DNA of 47,691 nucleotides from Octopus bimaculoides (GCF_001194135.2 NC_069003.1:5798803-5846493); one strand, 5' to 3'. Numbered from the stretch's first letter, positions 35,640 through 47,185 are shown. A program made the numbers and translations. The notes: generated from the sequence alone by a model not told the origin.

Positions 35640-35860
35640 TGTACATGTTTGTGTCTTCTTGTCTCGACATCATGTGATAGTTGTAAACAAGTATCACCAT
35701 CTGTGAAAGCACGTCTGGCCATGGAGGTGTGTGTGGAATATTACCTTGCTTGAGAACAGATGAATGCTGACAACAAGAAGGGCGTCCAACCATAGAAAAT
35801 CTGCCTTAATGAATACCAGGCAACCTATGCTAGCATAGGAAAATGGACATTAAAACGACG
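35640..35860 (+). mobile_element. SINE family C'
   Basis: GTCTCGACATCATGTGATAGTTGTAAAC...GGAATATTACCTTGC...AAGGGCGTCCAACC...GGACATTAAAACGA. Confidence 0.75.
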
Positions 35861-35871
35861 GTGATTTTGTC

Positions 35872-36235
35872 CACTGAGGTCCACTTTACTTTCATTTTTT
35901 CAGGGTTGATAAATTAAGTACCAGTGAAACACTGGGATTAATGTTATCGACTAGTCCCCTCCCTTAAAATTTCAGGCTTTGTGCCTTTAATAGAAAGGAA
36001 TATTATAATTATTATTATTAAGGCAGTGAGCTGGCAGAGTTGTTAGTACACTGGGCAAAATGCTCAGTAGCATTTGGTCTGTCCTTATGTTCTGAGTTCA
36101 AATTCCACCAAGGTCGACTTTGCTTTTCATCCTTTCAGGGTCGATAAATTAAGTACCAGTGTAACACTGGGGTCAATGTAACTGACTGGCCCTCTCCCCC
36201 AAAATGACTGCCCTTGTGGCAAAATTTGAAACTAT
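35872..36235 (+). mobile_element. Two SINE B copies head-to-tail, joined by an ATT tract
   Basis: Partial copy at 35872-35998 and full copy from AAGGCAGTGAGCTGGCAG at about 36020. Confidence 0.85.
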
Positions 36236-36354
36236 TATTATTCTTATTATAATTGTAGTATCCAATAATAATATGTATTTTTTTAAAAGATTGCAGAATA
36301 AAATTTGAAGGAGATTTGCTTGCTAATCCTAGAAGTTCTTGCAACCACATGAAG

Positions 36355-36595
36355 GAGGCTCCATCCATCTTTTTGTTATAGATAGTGTTGCTACATACTT
36401 AGTTGTAAGAGGAATAATTCTATATATAGAACTCCGTTAATTGTAGAACTTTTACATAATTAATTCTAGTGGATTGGGTGACTGCATTGAGGCTCCTTCT
36501 GTCTTTTTGAATAGATAGTCTTGCTGTAAAGCTGTAAGAGGACCAATTTCGTATACAGAACTCAATTAATTGTTGAACATTTATATAATTGAATA
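36355..36595. repeat. Diverged tandem duplication, copies 134 bp apart
   Basis: GAGGCTCC..C..TCTTTTT...ATAGATAGT.TTGCT...TGTAAGAGGA...AGAACTC..TTAATTGT.GAAC at 36355 and 36489. Confidence 0.75.
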
Positions 36596-36692
36596 GTTTC
36601 ATTCATTTATTTGTTGTTGTTTTTTTACTTCAGTTGCATTATTGAGAGGAGGAAAAACCCAATTAAATGTAATAGCTTACAGTTTTTCAATA

Positions 36693-36734
36693 TTGGAGAA
36701 AGGTTATTGGAGAAAGGTTATTGGAGAAAGGTTA
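36693..36734. repeat. Perfect 14-bp triplication
   Basis: (TTGGAGAAAGGTTA)x3. Confidence 0.95.
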
Positions 36735-36758
36735 TCTATTTCGAATAAAAGATGTGTA

Positions 36759-37520
36759 CAGGGGTGTGTGAGAAGGTTCCAGGATTAGTCCTGTTTGATA
36801 AGAAATAACTTACTTACCAAAGTTTTAGCATCCTCCCCTTCGAAGTAGTAACCTTGTGCAGCAATACATCGGACCCAGCGTTCCTGCCACTTTTGGAATC
36901 CATCCTGGAAGTTGTTTTCCATAAGCAAGTCAAGGACCTTCTACAATTCACTCTGGATCTTGACAACAGTGTTAAAACGGTGACCTTTGAGCTGCATTTT
37001 CATCTTGGGGAAGAGATAGAAGTCTATAGGTGCTACATTTGATGAATATGGTGGGTGCAGAGGTGATACCATGCAGTTTTGGGTGAGAAACTCACAAGTG
37101 AGGAGAGTTCAGTGACAGGGTACATTGTCATTGTGAAGAATCCAGTTCTTCATGCTCCACAAATTTGGTCGCTTTCACCATATATCTTCCCTCAAATGCT
37201 TCAAAATGTCATAGTAGGACTCTCAATGGTCTGACTCTAGGGGACGAATTCTTGATGCACAATACCACATTTCCAGTGGAGTAACGCTTGTGACAGGGCT
37301 TCCAGATCGTTCATCGTCTTTTAGGGATGTTCTTCTGCTTTTGAAGGGCCAGTGCCACTCAAAACATTGCGTACAATCCGTTGCCTCATTGCCATAAGCT
37401 TGCCAAAGCATGCTCAATGTCTCTGTAGCAGACTTCCTGTCCATGACAAAACTGCAGACTACAGCATACATGTGATCACAAAACACACATTTCACAACTT
37501 GTGAAATAAACACAGCAATG
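36759..37520 (-). mobile_element. Internally deleted, inactive mariner (DD34D) transposon
   Basis: MDRK|SATETLSMLWQAYGNEA...CFEWH..FKSRRTSLKDDERSGSP joined to GIVHQEFVP...WILHNDNVPCH...HPPYSSNVAPIDFYLFPKMK...RWVRCIAAQGYYFEG, with several stops. One terminus is TA|CAGGGGTGTGTGAGAAGGTTCC at 36757-36780. Confidence 0.92.
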
Positions 37521-38315
37521 TCATTTGGGACACCAGCATGGTTACTTTTTATGTGGCATCAGATGATGAGCTTCTGCAGTCTCTGTTTAGTAAATCCTTC
37601 TGACAAGACATTGCTTGATCCATATCAATAATAGAAGATGCTCAACTGATACACCACTGAGAATGGAATTGAACCCTCAATCATGAGACTGTACAGCACA
37701 CCTCTTACCACTCAGCTAAGCAGCATCTACATCTGTTTTCTGTTTCACTTTAAAATGTGTGATTTCCATTTGAGAAATTCATTAAACGAACAAACGAAGG
37801 TTAAAAACACACAGACACGGTGGAAATTTCACCAAATTTTTTGCCTTTCTATCATTTTTTTAAATATATTTTTATTATTACACATTTTGTCTATTTTTAT
37901 TATTTCTCAGAGAAAATGAGTTTTTCTCCTTTTCTGTTTGGTATCAGACATTCTGTCTTCAATTAGAACAATCTAAATTGTGGAACAGAAATATATTGGC
38001 TTATGTTTTTCTATTTATTCATTTATTTGTTATTTTTAATTAGTCTATCCTGCAACAACAGTGGAAGCCACTTATTATAATCTTATGATCATGGATAATG
38101 TTATATCAAACAGTTATTATTATTATTTTTTTATATATTAAAATTAGTGGGTTCCAAACATATTTGGGACATTATTTATTTCTTTGTCTTAATGCTATCA
38201 GCCTGTTATTGCTTTCTGAAAGGTTCTGTTCCAAAGCAATCACAATAAGCAGCTTCTGCTGTAAAATATATGCGTGTGTGTGTGTGTGTGTGAGTGTGTG
38301 TGCGTGCATGCATAC

Positions 38316-38477
38316 GTAGCTATGTGGCAAGAAGCTTGCTTCCCAACCACATGGTTCTAGATTCAGTCCCACTGCGTGGCACCTTTGGCAAGTGTCTTCT
38401 ACTATCACATTGGGCTGACCAAAACCTTGTGAATGGATTTGGTAGATGGAAACTGGAAGAAGTCCTTTGTGTGTGTG

Positions 38478-38511
<34 letters not shown>

Positions 38512-38683
38512 CACGTCTTTATGTCTGTTTGTCCCCCACCACTGCTGTGAAACTGATGTTACTAGTGTTTACATCCACTTAACTTAGCAGTGCAGCGACA
38601 AAAGAGATCGATAGAATATGTACAAGGTTTAAAAATAAACTAAATGGACTGGGGTCAATTCATTTGACTAAAAGGTCTTCAAG
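38316..38683 (+). mobile_element. SINE family A, 3' end interrupted
   Basis: AAGAAGCTTGCTTCCCAACCACATGG...CAGTCCCACTGCGTGGCACC...TGGGGTCAATTCATTTGACTAAA. Confidence 0.88.
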
Positions 38684-39345
38684 AGGGGAGGGGCATTGGA
38701 GGAAGTGATCTTGTGTCAGATGATAAAAGATTATAGTGAGACAGAGAGATGGGAACAGGTGTCTTGCTGTAGAGGAAGTACAAGGTTACTCAGCCAGAGA
38801 GAGAGAAAGAGACAGAGATCAGGAATAAAGGCAGAAACAGGTGCACTACTGCAAAGGAAATACATGGTTATCCAAATTGAGGGAAATGCAGGTGTGGGAG
38901 GCAGCAGGATAGAGATGGTGGTAAAATGCCGGACATTCTCACAAGAGACTGAGATCAGAATATAAATGGGATGGTTGAGTAAAGGAAGAGAGAGATATAG
39001 ATGGTGGCAAGTGCCAAGGCTTACCCTTGAGGTTTGAAACACCATAATATAAGTGGCAGGATCCTGCAAAGGAAATGTGATTAAAAAGTGTGGAGGGGGA
39101 GTGGTGAAAACCTGGGTATATATAGAGTCATGTGGGAGGCGGCTACCGAATAGCAATGATACAGAAGAACAGGGATGTGAGGACAGGATTGGGGAATGAG
39201 AGCAAAGCATATTGTATGAAGGAGGAAATGTGAGGAAGAGGTGTAGAGACGTAGTTTGGTTTGTTGTGGTAGAGTGTGTGAGAAGTTTTCTTGTTAAGTG
39301 TGGGTGGGACGGACACTCAATGCTTCTAGAACTCAGTTTTGCTGA
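38684..39345. mobile_element. Unclassified purine-rich interspersed repeat
   Basis: GAACAGGTGTCTTGCTGTAGAGGAAGTACA resembles the reverse complement of 46878-46910 and is itself duplicated at about 38835. The 207-aa minus ORF has no recognisable domain. Confidence 0.4.
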
Positions 39346-39454
39346 CATGGGCAAGTCTTCTCTAGAACTTCATATCGCCAGACATCTCAGTCCATTGTCA
39401 TTTCCTTCATGAGGCCCAGCATCCTGAGATTGGCCCCTTACTATATATATATCA

Positions 39455-39685
39455 TTGTGTGTGTGTCTTTGTGTCGTCGTTCCCCACCACTGCTTGACAA
39501 CCAGTGTTGGTGTGTTTATGTCCCTGTTACCTAGTGGTTTGGCAAATGAGACCAATAAAACAAGTACCAGGCTTTAAAAAGAGAAAAAAGTCTTGGGGTT
39601 GATTTGTCCAGCTAAAACCATTCAAGGTGGTGCCCTAGCATGGCTGCAGTCAAGTGACTGAAACAAGTAAAAGAAAGATAAAAGA
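39455..39685 (+). mobile_element. SINE family A 3' half
   Basis: CCCCACCACTGCTTGACAACCAGTGTTGG...AAGGTGGTGCCCTAGCATGGCTGCAGTC...GAAACAAGTAAAAG. Confidence 0.88.
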
Positions 39686-39971
39686 AAAATGTGTATGGAT
39701 GTATATATATATATCAGTGTACTTAGGTTTTTTTGTGATGTTTTATTTTGTATAAAGGTGTCAATGAGTTTCTAAGTACATCTATAACCTTGTCATAGAC
39801 AACCTAGTGACAGAGATATTTTTAATGAAAAATATTTTCCAAGGAAGCAAAATTATAAACCAATTTAATTGATTTGCAAAGATGTTTCTCGGTTATTAAT
39901 TCAAACAAACCTAGACAAACATTACAATAAAAGACATAAAAATCGAAGTTTACCAGTACTTTTATAATTAC

Positions 39972-40204
39972 CGTTGTTGCCTAACCTCAGATCAGCCCTT
40001 TGATCCAGTAGATCTGGGATCAAAGGTGAATCAGCCTTGGCCAGCTTGTTGTTGCCTAACTGTAGATCAGCCGTTTGATCCAGCAGATCTGTGATCAAAA
40101 GTGAATTAGCTGTAGTCAGTTTGTTGTTGCCTAAACTCAGATTAGCTCTTTGATCCAGTCGATCTGTGACTGAAGGTGAATCAGCCATGGTCAGCTTGAT
40201 GTTG
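39972..40204 (-). repeat. 75-bp tandem repeat x3.1, open in one minus frame; possible repeat-coding exon
   Basis: GTTGTTGCCTAA anchors exactly 75 bp apart (CTAA at 39981, 40056, 40131), no indels, five of six frames closed. Confidence 0.85.
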
Positions 40205-40268
40205 CTGAGCAGGAAAGTTACATAGATGTAAACAAACCTACACCAGCCGGGCAGATGGTGAGGGATAA

Positions 40269-40319
<51 letters not shown>

Positions 40320-40892
40320 TGCACAAACATTGATGTTTACAAGGAAGAACATGAAAGATATAAGTGGATCAGTGAATCTCGAAGCATGTTTATGTTGTTA
40401 AAACGATGAAGCAAAAATGTCTTGTTGATGAACATATGCCTTGATCAAGCTCTCTCGACCAGAATAAAATCTGGAGACTGATCCAGTGTAACTCAATTAC
40501 CTTTAGAAATGGCTCTGACTGTTCAAGAAATCAACAGCGCATTACTTGAAATGATTTAAAATAATTCTTATCTTATCTGCATTAACTGTGGATTTCTTGT
40601 TACAAAGTCGACTTTTATTTATTTTATTTATTTATTTAAAAAAATAAAATGCAAATTTTTAAAAAGAAGTGCATTTATTTAAATAATTGACTTGTTTGTG
40701 ATTCTATCAATGATTTTTTTCTCCCCCTTATGTAAAGTATCAAGTCTTTTGAGATGCAGAGGGTTGGGGATGGGGCTGAGTTTTAGCTTTCAATTTTTAA
40801 CTGCTAAACATTTTAGCTCCTTTCTGTCTATATAACTTGTTCCAATACATATTTCTGTCACTGTGACATTGAAATAAACTGATTCATTATTA

Positions 40893-40945
<53 letters not shown>

Positions 40946-40989
40946 TTTATTTGTATGTGTTCTTATCAATGTTGTTATTATTATTATTG

Positions 40990-41021
<32 letters not shown>

Positions 41022-41320
41022 TCCAAATAGCTGCGATTTATCAAATTCGAAGCGAAAAGTATTTGTCAGCTTCTAATTGATTTCTCAAACTGTCAATTAT
41101 TTTCAAAACATGTCTGTAATTTTCACAATACAATAAAAGAGAGAAAAAAAAGAGAAAAAAATACATAATAACAAATATGGTAAAGAAAAAAAAATTAAAC
41201 AATAACAGGAAAATAAACAAATAAAAACAGAAACCAGTCTCTTTGAATGAATGCTGTGAAAACTGCCAACAGCTTAAACAGGGCTATTTTCTTTTGATAA
41301 TCGCAAACAACTAGAACTAA

Positions 41321-41502
41321 ATGCATATGTATATATATATATATATATACACACACATATATATATTTGCACTTGCATATTTGTGTATCTATCCACACAC
41401 ACACATATATATATATGCGCGTGTATGTGTTTATATATGTGCATATATATATAATGTATATATATGTGTGTGTATTTATGTGTGGGTATATATATATACA
41501 TG

Positions 41503-41553
<51 letters not shown>

Positions 41554-42086
41554 ATATATATGTGTGTGTGTGTGTGTGTGTATATATGTGTGTGTGTGTG
41601 TGTATATATATGTGTGTGTATATGTGTATATATATATGCATGTGNNNNNNNNNNGTGTGTGTATATATGTGTGTGTGTGTGTGTATATATATGTGTGTGT
41701 ATATGTGTATATATATATGCATGTGTGTATATATGTGTATATATATATGCATGTATATACATATATGTATGTATGCATATATGTATATGTATATAAATAT
41801 GTCTATGTATATATATATGTGTATGTATATATGTATGTATGTTTATATATATACGTGTATGTATATATGTATGTATTCATATATATATGTGTGTGTATAT
41901 ATATATATGTATATGTTGTATGTATATATATATGTCTATATGTATATGTTGTATGTATATATATATGTCTATATGTATATGTTGTATGTATATATATATG
42001 TGTATATGTATGTATATATGTGTGTGTATATATATATAGGTGTGTGTGTGTGTATTTGTATATATATATGTGTATATATATATATC
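41321..42086. repeat. Large compound TA/TG/CA microsatellite with a 33-bp higher-order unit and a 10-N gap (41645-41654)
   Basis: GTTG anchors at 41915, 41948 and 41981; all ORFs here are artefacts. Confidence 0.95.
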
Positions 42087-42964
42087 CAAAAATGAAATTC
42101 TCCAGCTTTCATAATTTTTATTTTTCTCTGAGATACCTATATTACCAATACAACAGTGCATAAATCGGTTGTATTTATAGCATAATATAAAATTGTGATA
42201 AATGGTATTTTTTTTTCTTTGTACGGCACCACCGAAGCACCAAATTAAATGGCTATTTCAAAATAATAATAGTAATAATAATAATGATGAAAAATATATA
42301 TAAAATAAAGAAAGTTTTGTTAGAATTGTTGACTGTTGTCCTTTATAGACGTGTGTGACCAATATTTCTTCAGGTTTGAGGAAATAAAAAAGTAGAAATA
42401 TATTTAAAAAAATCCATGTAAATTGACATTGTCTCGAAACTAACTGTGATTCTATAAAAACCAAGTCTAAAGACTGTTGTGTGTTCTGTTGAGCAAAACT
42501 AATTTTATATCACACTTATTTTTATATATCCATGGTTACCAATGTGAAAATGACCTTCTTTTTCAACATTTAGTGTATACATACATGTCTCGTCTTGTCT
42601 TGTCTTCTCACTGATATAAACCTTAACTTAGTGTTCAGTTTTGTATGTTTCACATATGTTCTTTTTTATTCTTTTACTTGTTTCTCTCATTTGACTGTGG
42701 CCATGCTTGGGCACTGCCTTGAATGGCTTATTTTTGTTTTTATCCAATTATCTGACCTGGATGCTCTTTCTGTTGCTCACCCTCTTCTCTTTCCAAGGAG
42801 GCAATATTTCTCCATGGTTAGACACGTTTTCACAACAAATTGGAAACAAAAAAGAAACTACTTGTAAAATGGTGATACTCATTTTACAACTTCAACGGTA
42901 ATCAAGACAAGGGGACACGCACACACACGCACACAATCATGCTCACCTGCAAATATATCTAATA

Positions 42965-43155
42965 ATGGTTTCAAATTTTGCCTCAATACCAGCAATTTCG
43001 AGTAGAGAGGGCGAGTCAATTATATCAATCCCCATGCTCAACATCAAAAGGATGAAAGGCAAAGTTGACCTCAGTGGAATTTGAACTCAGAATGTAAAGA
43101 CAAACGAAATTGCACCAAACATTTTACCTGGCATGCTAACGACTCTGCCAGCTTT
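42965..43155 (-). mobile_element. SINE family B, decayed
   Basis: GGTTTCAAATTTTG...AAAGGATGAAAGGCAAAGTTGACCTCAGTGGAATTTGAACTCAGAATG...GCATGCTAACGACTCTGCCAGCT. Confidence 0.8.
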
Positions 43156-43572
43156 GCCACCCTATATATAATAATGGCATGTAAATGTTGGATTTGTACT
43201 ATTGGACCAAAGCAATCCTTTGAAATTCTTTATCCATCTTTGAAGCTTTGTTCTTACCAGTGCCCTGTGATAGTTAAGTTGTGAGGCCTCTTACTTGGAC
43301 AGGGCCCCATTGACCAGATGCCCCTTACAGAGCCCCTGGACAATGGGACCCTATACTTAAGCACACCTAAGCACAATGGTAAATCCAGCACTGGTTCTTA
43401 CCTGTGAGAATTGTACGTATGTTCTTGACATGATAAAAATTTATAAACTTTGAGAGAATGTGAAATAATTCATTTTTAACTGTAGAGCTTGAAGTAGATG
43501 ACGCTATAAATAATCTCAATAACAAACAAACATTATATATCATCATCACCATCATTTAACAGCGTCCATTAA

Positions 43573-43796
43573 CCCTCTTGCTACCACACTTCTGTTGAAT
43601 TCGCACTGCCTTCATTTCAATTACTTTTGAAAATAATAACATTTTTAAAAATAACTTTGTCAGTATTAAGCTGGTGTTTCGAAAATAAATTAACATGAAA
43701 TTTTGAAGGAAGGTTTTAATTTAGATTACTTTAAAAAATAGGAAGTTTGTGTCAGAACAATGGACAGTTTTATTGGGTGAGGTAGTATCAAAAGGG
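43573..43796. mobile_element. MITE family G (piggyBac-like termini)
   Basis: TTAA|CCCTCTTGCTACC ... GGTAGTATCAAAAGGG|TTTTAA; inverted homologue of 24349-24571. Confidence 0.6.
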
Positions 43797-43818
43797 TTTT
43801 AAAAAATGGCTTCTATTA

Positions 43819-44016
43819 GGCCCAGGCATGGCTGAGTGGTAAGAAGTTTGATTCCCTACTACATAATTCTGGGTTCAGTCCCACCGCATGGCACTTTGGG
43901 CGAGCGTCTTCTACTATAACCTTGTGTCAACCAAAGCCTTGTGAGTGGATTTGGTAGATGAAAACTGAAGGAAGCCCCTTGTGTGTGTGTGTGTGTGTAT
44001 GTGTGTGTGTGTGTGT

Positions 44017-44049
<33 letters not shown>

Positions 44050-44180
44050 ATTGTTTCTGTGTTTGTCTCCCACCACTGCTTGACAACCAGTGATAGTGTA
44101 TTTACATCCCCATAACTTAGTGGTTTGGCAAAAGAGACTGACCATAGTCTAGTGACCAAAACAAGTAAAAAATAAAAGAT
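43819..44180 (+). mobile_element. SINE family A with internal (TG)n
   Basis: GGCATGGCTGAGTGGTAAGAAG...GGGTTCAGTCCCACCGCATGGCAC...CACCACTGCTTGACAACCAG. Confidence 0.88.
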
Positions 44181-44656
44181 ATTAAGGGTACATTGTAAGC
44201 ATTTTAGAGGTATTCTGTTGAGGGTAGATAGTAAACACTGGAAAAGTTCTCCATTACGGGTAGACAGCAGGCATTAAAGAAGGTTTAAACTTTGGGTAGA
44301 TTGCAGCGAGTGTAGTTTTGTATTAGATTCAAAGACTCAAAGATGCCATGTATGTAATCACTAACAACGAAATTGGTTATTAAGTTTAATAGTAGTTAGT
44401 GTTTTGTTAGTATTAAAATAGTTGGATTCTGTTGGTGTCAGTATTAATACAATAACGGCCATTGAAATAAACTAAGTTAATTACCATTGAGCTAATTACA
44501 GATTACTAGTAAACAGCATGAGATACGTCTTGTTTTGAGACTTATCTTACTCCACGGGAAGGAAAATTGCTTCATTCAGGAACCTAATTGGCAACAACAG
44601 TGTTAACAGCACAAACAAAGGTTTGTGTGTATTGACAAGTAATTTCTCTAAACTTG

Positions 44657-44707
<51 letters not shown>

Positions 44708-44853
44708 TTGCAGGTGGGGTGTGGGTGGGGCTGTTATTGGAGGTGGTGAGGGAAGAGGTCGATTAATTATACCATTGAAATTAGTAAAGTCTGTGAGCCT
44801 CGCCTCGCATATATGATGATACACACATGTGCTTGCACACACAAATACACACA

Positions 44854-44854
<1 letters not shown>

Positions 44855-44890
<36 letters not shown>

Positions 44891-44898
44891 TCTGTCTC

Positions 44899-44978
<80 letters not shown>
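44855..44978. repeat. (CT)n/CTTT polypyrimidine microsatellite
   Basis: Direct reading; the RERE and SLSL ORFs are artefacts. Confidence 0.95.
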
Positions 44979-44979
<1 letters not shown>

Positions 44980-45724
44980 GTATAAAAACAAGAGTATGCA
45001 TCACATCACTCTTACCACATCCAACACAAGTTACTATGGAAAAAAAAGTTTGACACTGATGATGATGATGATACGCCTTGGACTTTATTATCATATTTTG
45101 TTTTCTTTATAGACAATATAGTATGCTTTGAGGGAGACTTGGCTACTCCTGCTAGCAAGCTAGGACAGAGAGTACCATCTCCCTTATATGATAATGATGA
45201 CAATGCCAGTAGCTATTGATAATAATGTTGCTGTCGATAACAATGACAGTTAATATTTGTTATCGTCATCATTTAACATACATTTTCCTTGCTGGCATGG
45301 ATTGTATGGTTGGACAGGATCCAATGGGTCTAAGAACTGCATCATGTTCCAATGTCTTCTTTGGCATAATTCCTACAGCTTGATGCCCATTCTGTTGCCT
45401 AACAATTACTCTATAGCATTTACTGAGGGCTTTTTTTTTTTTTCTGGCAACTGTACTAGAGAAGTTGTTATACAACCTTCAAGACTAAGATCCCTTTTGA
45501 CTGAGACCATTTGGTTGCAAAGCGAGCTTTTTAGCTTCACAGCCATGTCTGTGCCAATGGCCATGGCTGGATTGTTTTCAGACTAAAAACTGCTCTGTCA
45601 GAGTTGACCCAGATACTCGACATCGACAACAATGGCAACAATAAAATGCAAAGTAGTTTTAAGCGAGTTCACTCTACCAATTTCCTGTTTTAAAATTTTT
45701 CTTAAATGACTTTTGTCATTAGAC

Positions 45725-45838
<114 letters not shown>

Positions 45839-46073
45839 CTTTATTTAGTGTAAATGTTTGTTTTGACAAAAATTCGTCTGAAGAAGTAAATCTACTTTAA
45901 AAATAATTGAGAAGAATTTTCTAAATTTATTTTATTTTTTGTTTCTTGAGAAACTTGTATATCTGTGTGATGAGGTGTGTGTAGCTGGCTCTATGTGGTC
46001 ATTTGACCAATGAGAAATAGCAGTCTAAATATAATTTCAGTAATATTTCCTCACGTTAAAAAAGTGATAGACA

Positions 46074-46554
46074 CAGGCAGTGATAGTCATGTGGTTAAGA
46101 AGTTTGCTTCCCTACCACATGGTTCCAGGTTCAGTCCCTGTGTATTGCACCTTGGGTAAGTGTCTTCTACTATAGCCTCAGGCTGAGCAAAGCCTTGTGA
46201 GTGGATTCAGCTGACAGAAACACATGTATGTGTGTTTGTGTTTGTCTCTCATGTCTGCTTGACAACCGGTGTTGGTGCATTTGTGTCCCTGTAATTTAGC
46301 AGTTCAGCAAAAGGCATCTGATAGAATAAGTACAATCGTAAGTAGTAGAGTTGATTTGTTTGACTAAAATTCTTCTAGATTATGCCCCAGCATGGCCACA
46401 GTCAAATGACTGAAACAAATATCCACTCACAAGGCTTTGGTCAACCTGAGGCTATACTAACAGACATGTGTGCACATGGTGTCACGCAGTAGGATTGAAC
46501 CTGGAACCATGCGGCTCAGAAGCAAACTTCTTACCACACAGCCATGCCTGCACC
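46074..46554. mobile_element. SINE A (+, 46074-46418) abutting an inverted SINE A 5' half (-, 46421-46554)
   Basis: The plus copy ends GACTGAAACAA; next comes ATCCACTCACAAGGCTTTG...CTTCTTACCACACAGCCATGCCTGCACC. Confidence 0.85.
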
Positions 46555-46559
46555 TATAT

Positions 46560-46760
46560 CATCATCATCATCATTATCATCATCTAGTGTCTGTTTTCAA
46601 TGCTGGCTTGGGTTAGCCTGTTTGACTGGAACTGGTGAGCCGGAGAGGTGTACCAGGCTCCAGTCTGATTTTGGTTTGGTTTCTACGGCTGCTTTCCCTT
46701 CTTAACACCAACCACTCCAAGAGTGTGGTGGGTGCCTTTATGCACCACCCCCATCCCCAC
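46560..46760 (-). mobile_element. SINE family C
   Basis: (CAT)n, TTTTCAATGCTGGC, CCAGGCTCCAGTCTGATTTTGG and CACCAACCACTCCAAGAGTGTGGTGGGTGC. Confidence 0.75.
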
Positions 46761-47039
46761 CCATTCACTGCTACTCACTTTTGTACCTTGAAGTGCTACC
46801 TCTACACTTCATCACCACAGTCAGTATCCTTGGAGATACCTTTGATTCATTCTTGCTCTCTCCCCTAAATGTTAGTAGCCATGTGGTTCCTCTACAACAA
46901 GAACCTGCTCTATCCCCTCCAAGGCACAAGCCCAAGAAAGGTGGTTTGTGGAAGACTAGCAATCACCCATGCCCACCAGCCTCTCCAAGCCACCGATACT
47001 ATCCAAGGGAAAGGCAAGGGCTTGGCGCCAATGATGTCA

Positions 47040-47185
47040 CAACTCATTTCTACTGACAAGTGAACTGGAGCAACGGGAAATAAAGTGTCTTGCTTAAGAA
47101 TACAACATACATCCCAGTCCAGGAATCGAACTCACTACCTCATGATTGTGAGCTTGACACTCTAACCACTGAGCTATGCACCTTC
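47040..47185 (-). mobile_element. SINE family D
   Basis: GGAGCAACGGGAAATAAAGTGTCTTGCTTAAGAATACAAC...CAGGAATCGAACTC...CTAACCACTGAGCTATGCACC. Confidence 0.78.

Noticed and set aside
38731-39354. 207-aa minus ORF
   Set aside because: Low-complexity L/S/P/H composition from a pyrimidine-rich repeat strand; no RT, endonuclease or other motif recognised.
41195-42163. Longest ORFs in the track (up to 280 aa, CVYIY/HTHIY)
   Set aside because: Pure translation of dinucleotide microsatellites, which lack stops.
45113-45220. Acceptor followed by an open frame (NIVCFEGDLATPASK...)
   Set aside because: Sequence matches the recurrent TTTGAGGGAGATTTGGCTGCTATTTCTAGC repeat also seen near 4560, 11190, 24190 and 35110; no donor.
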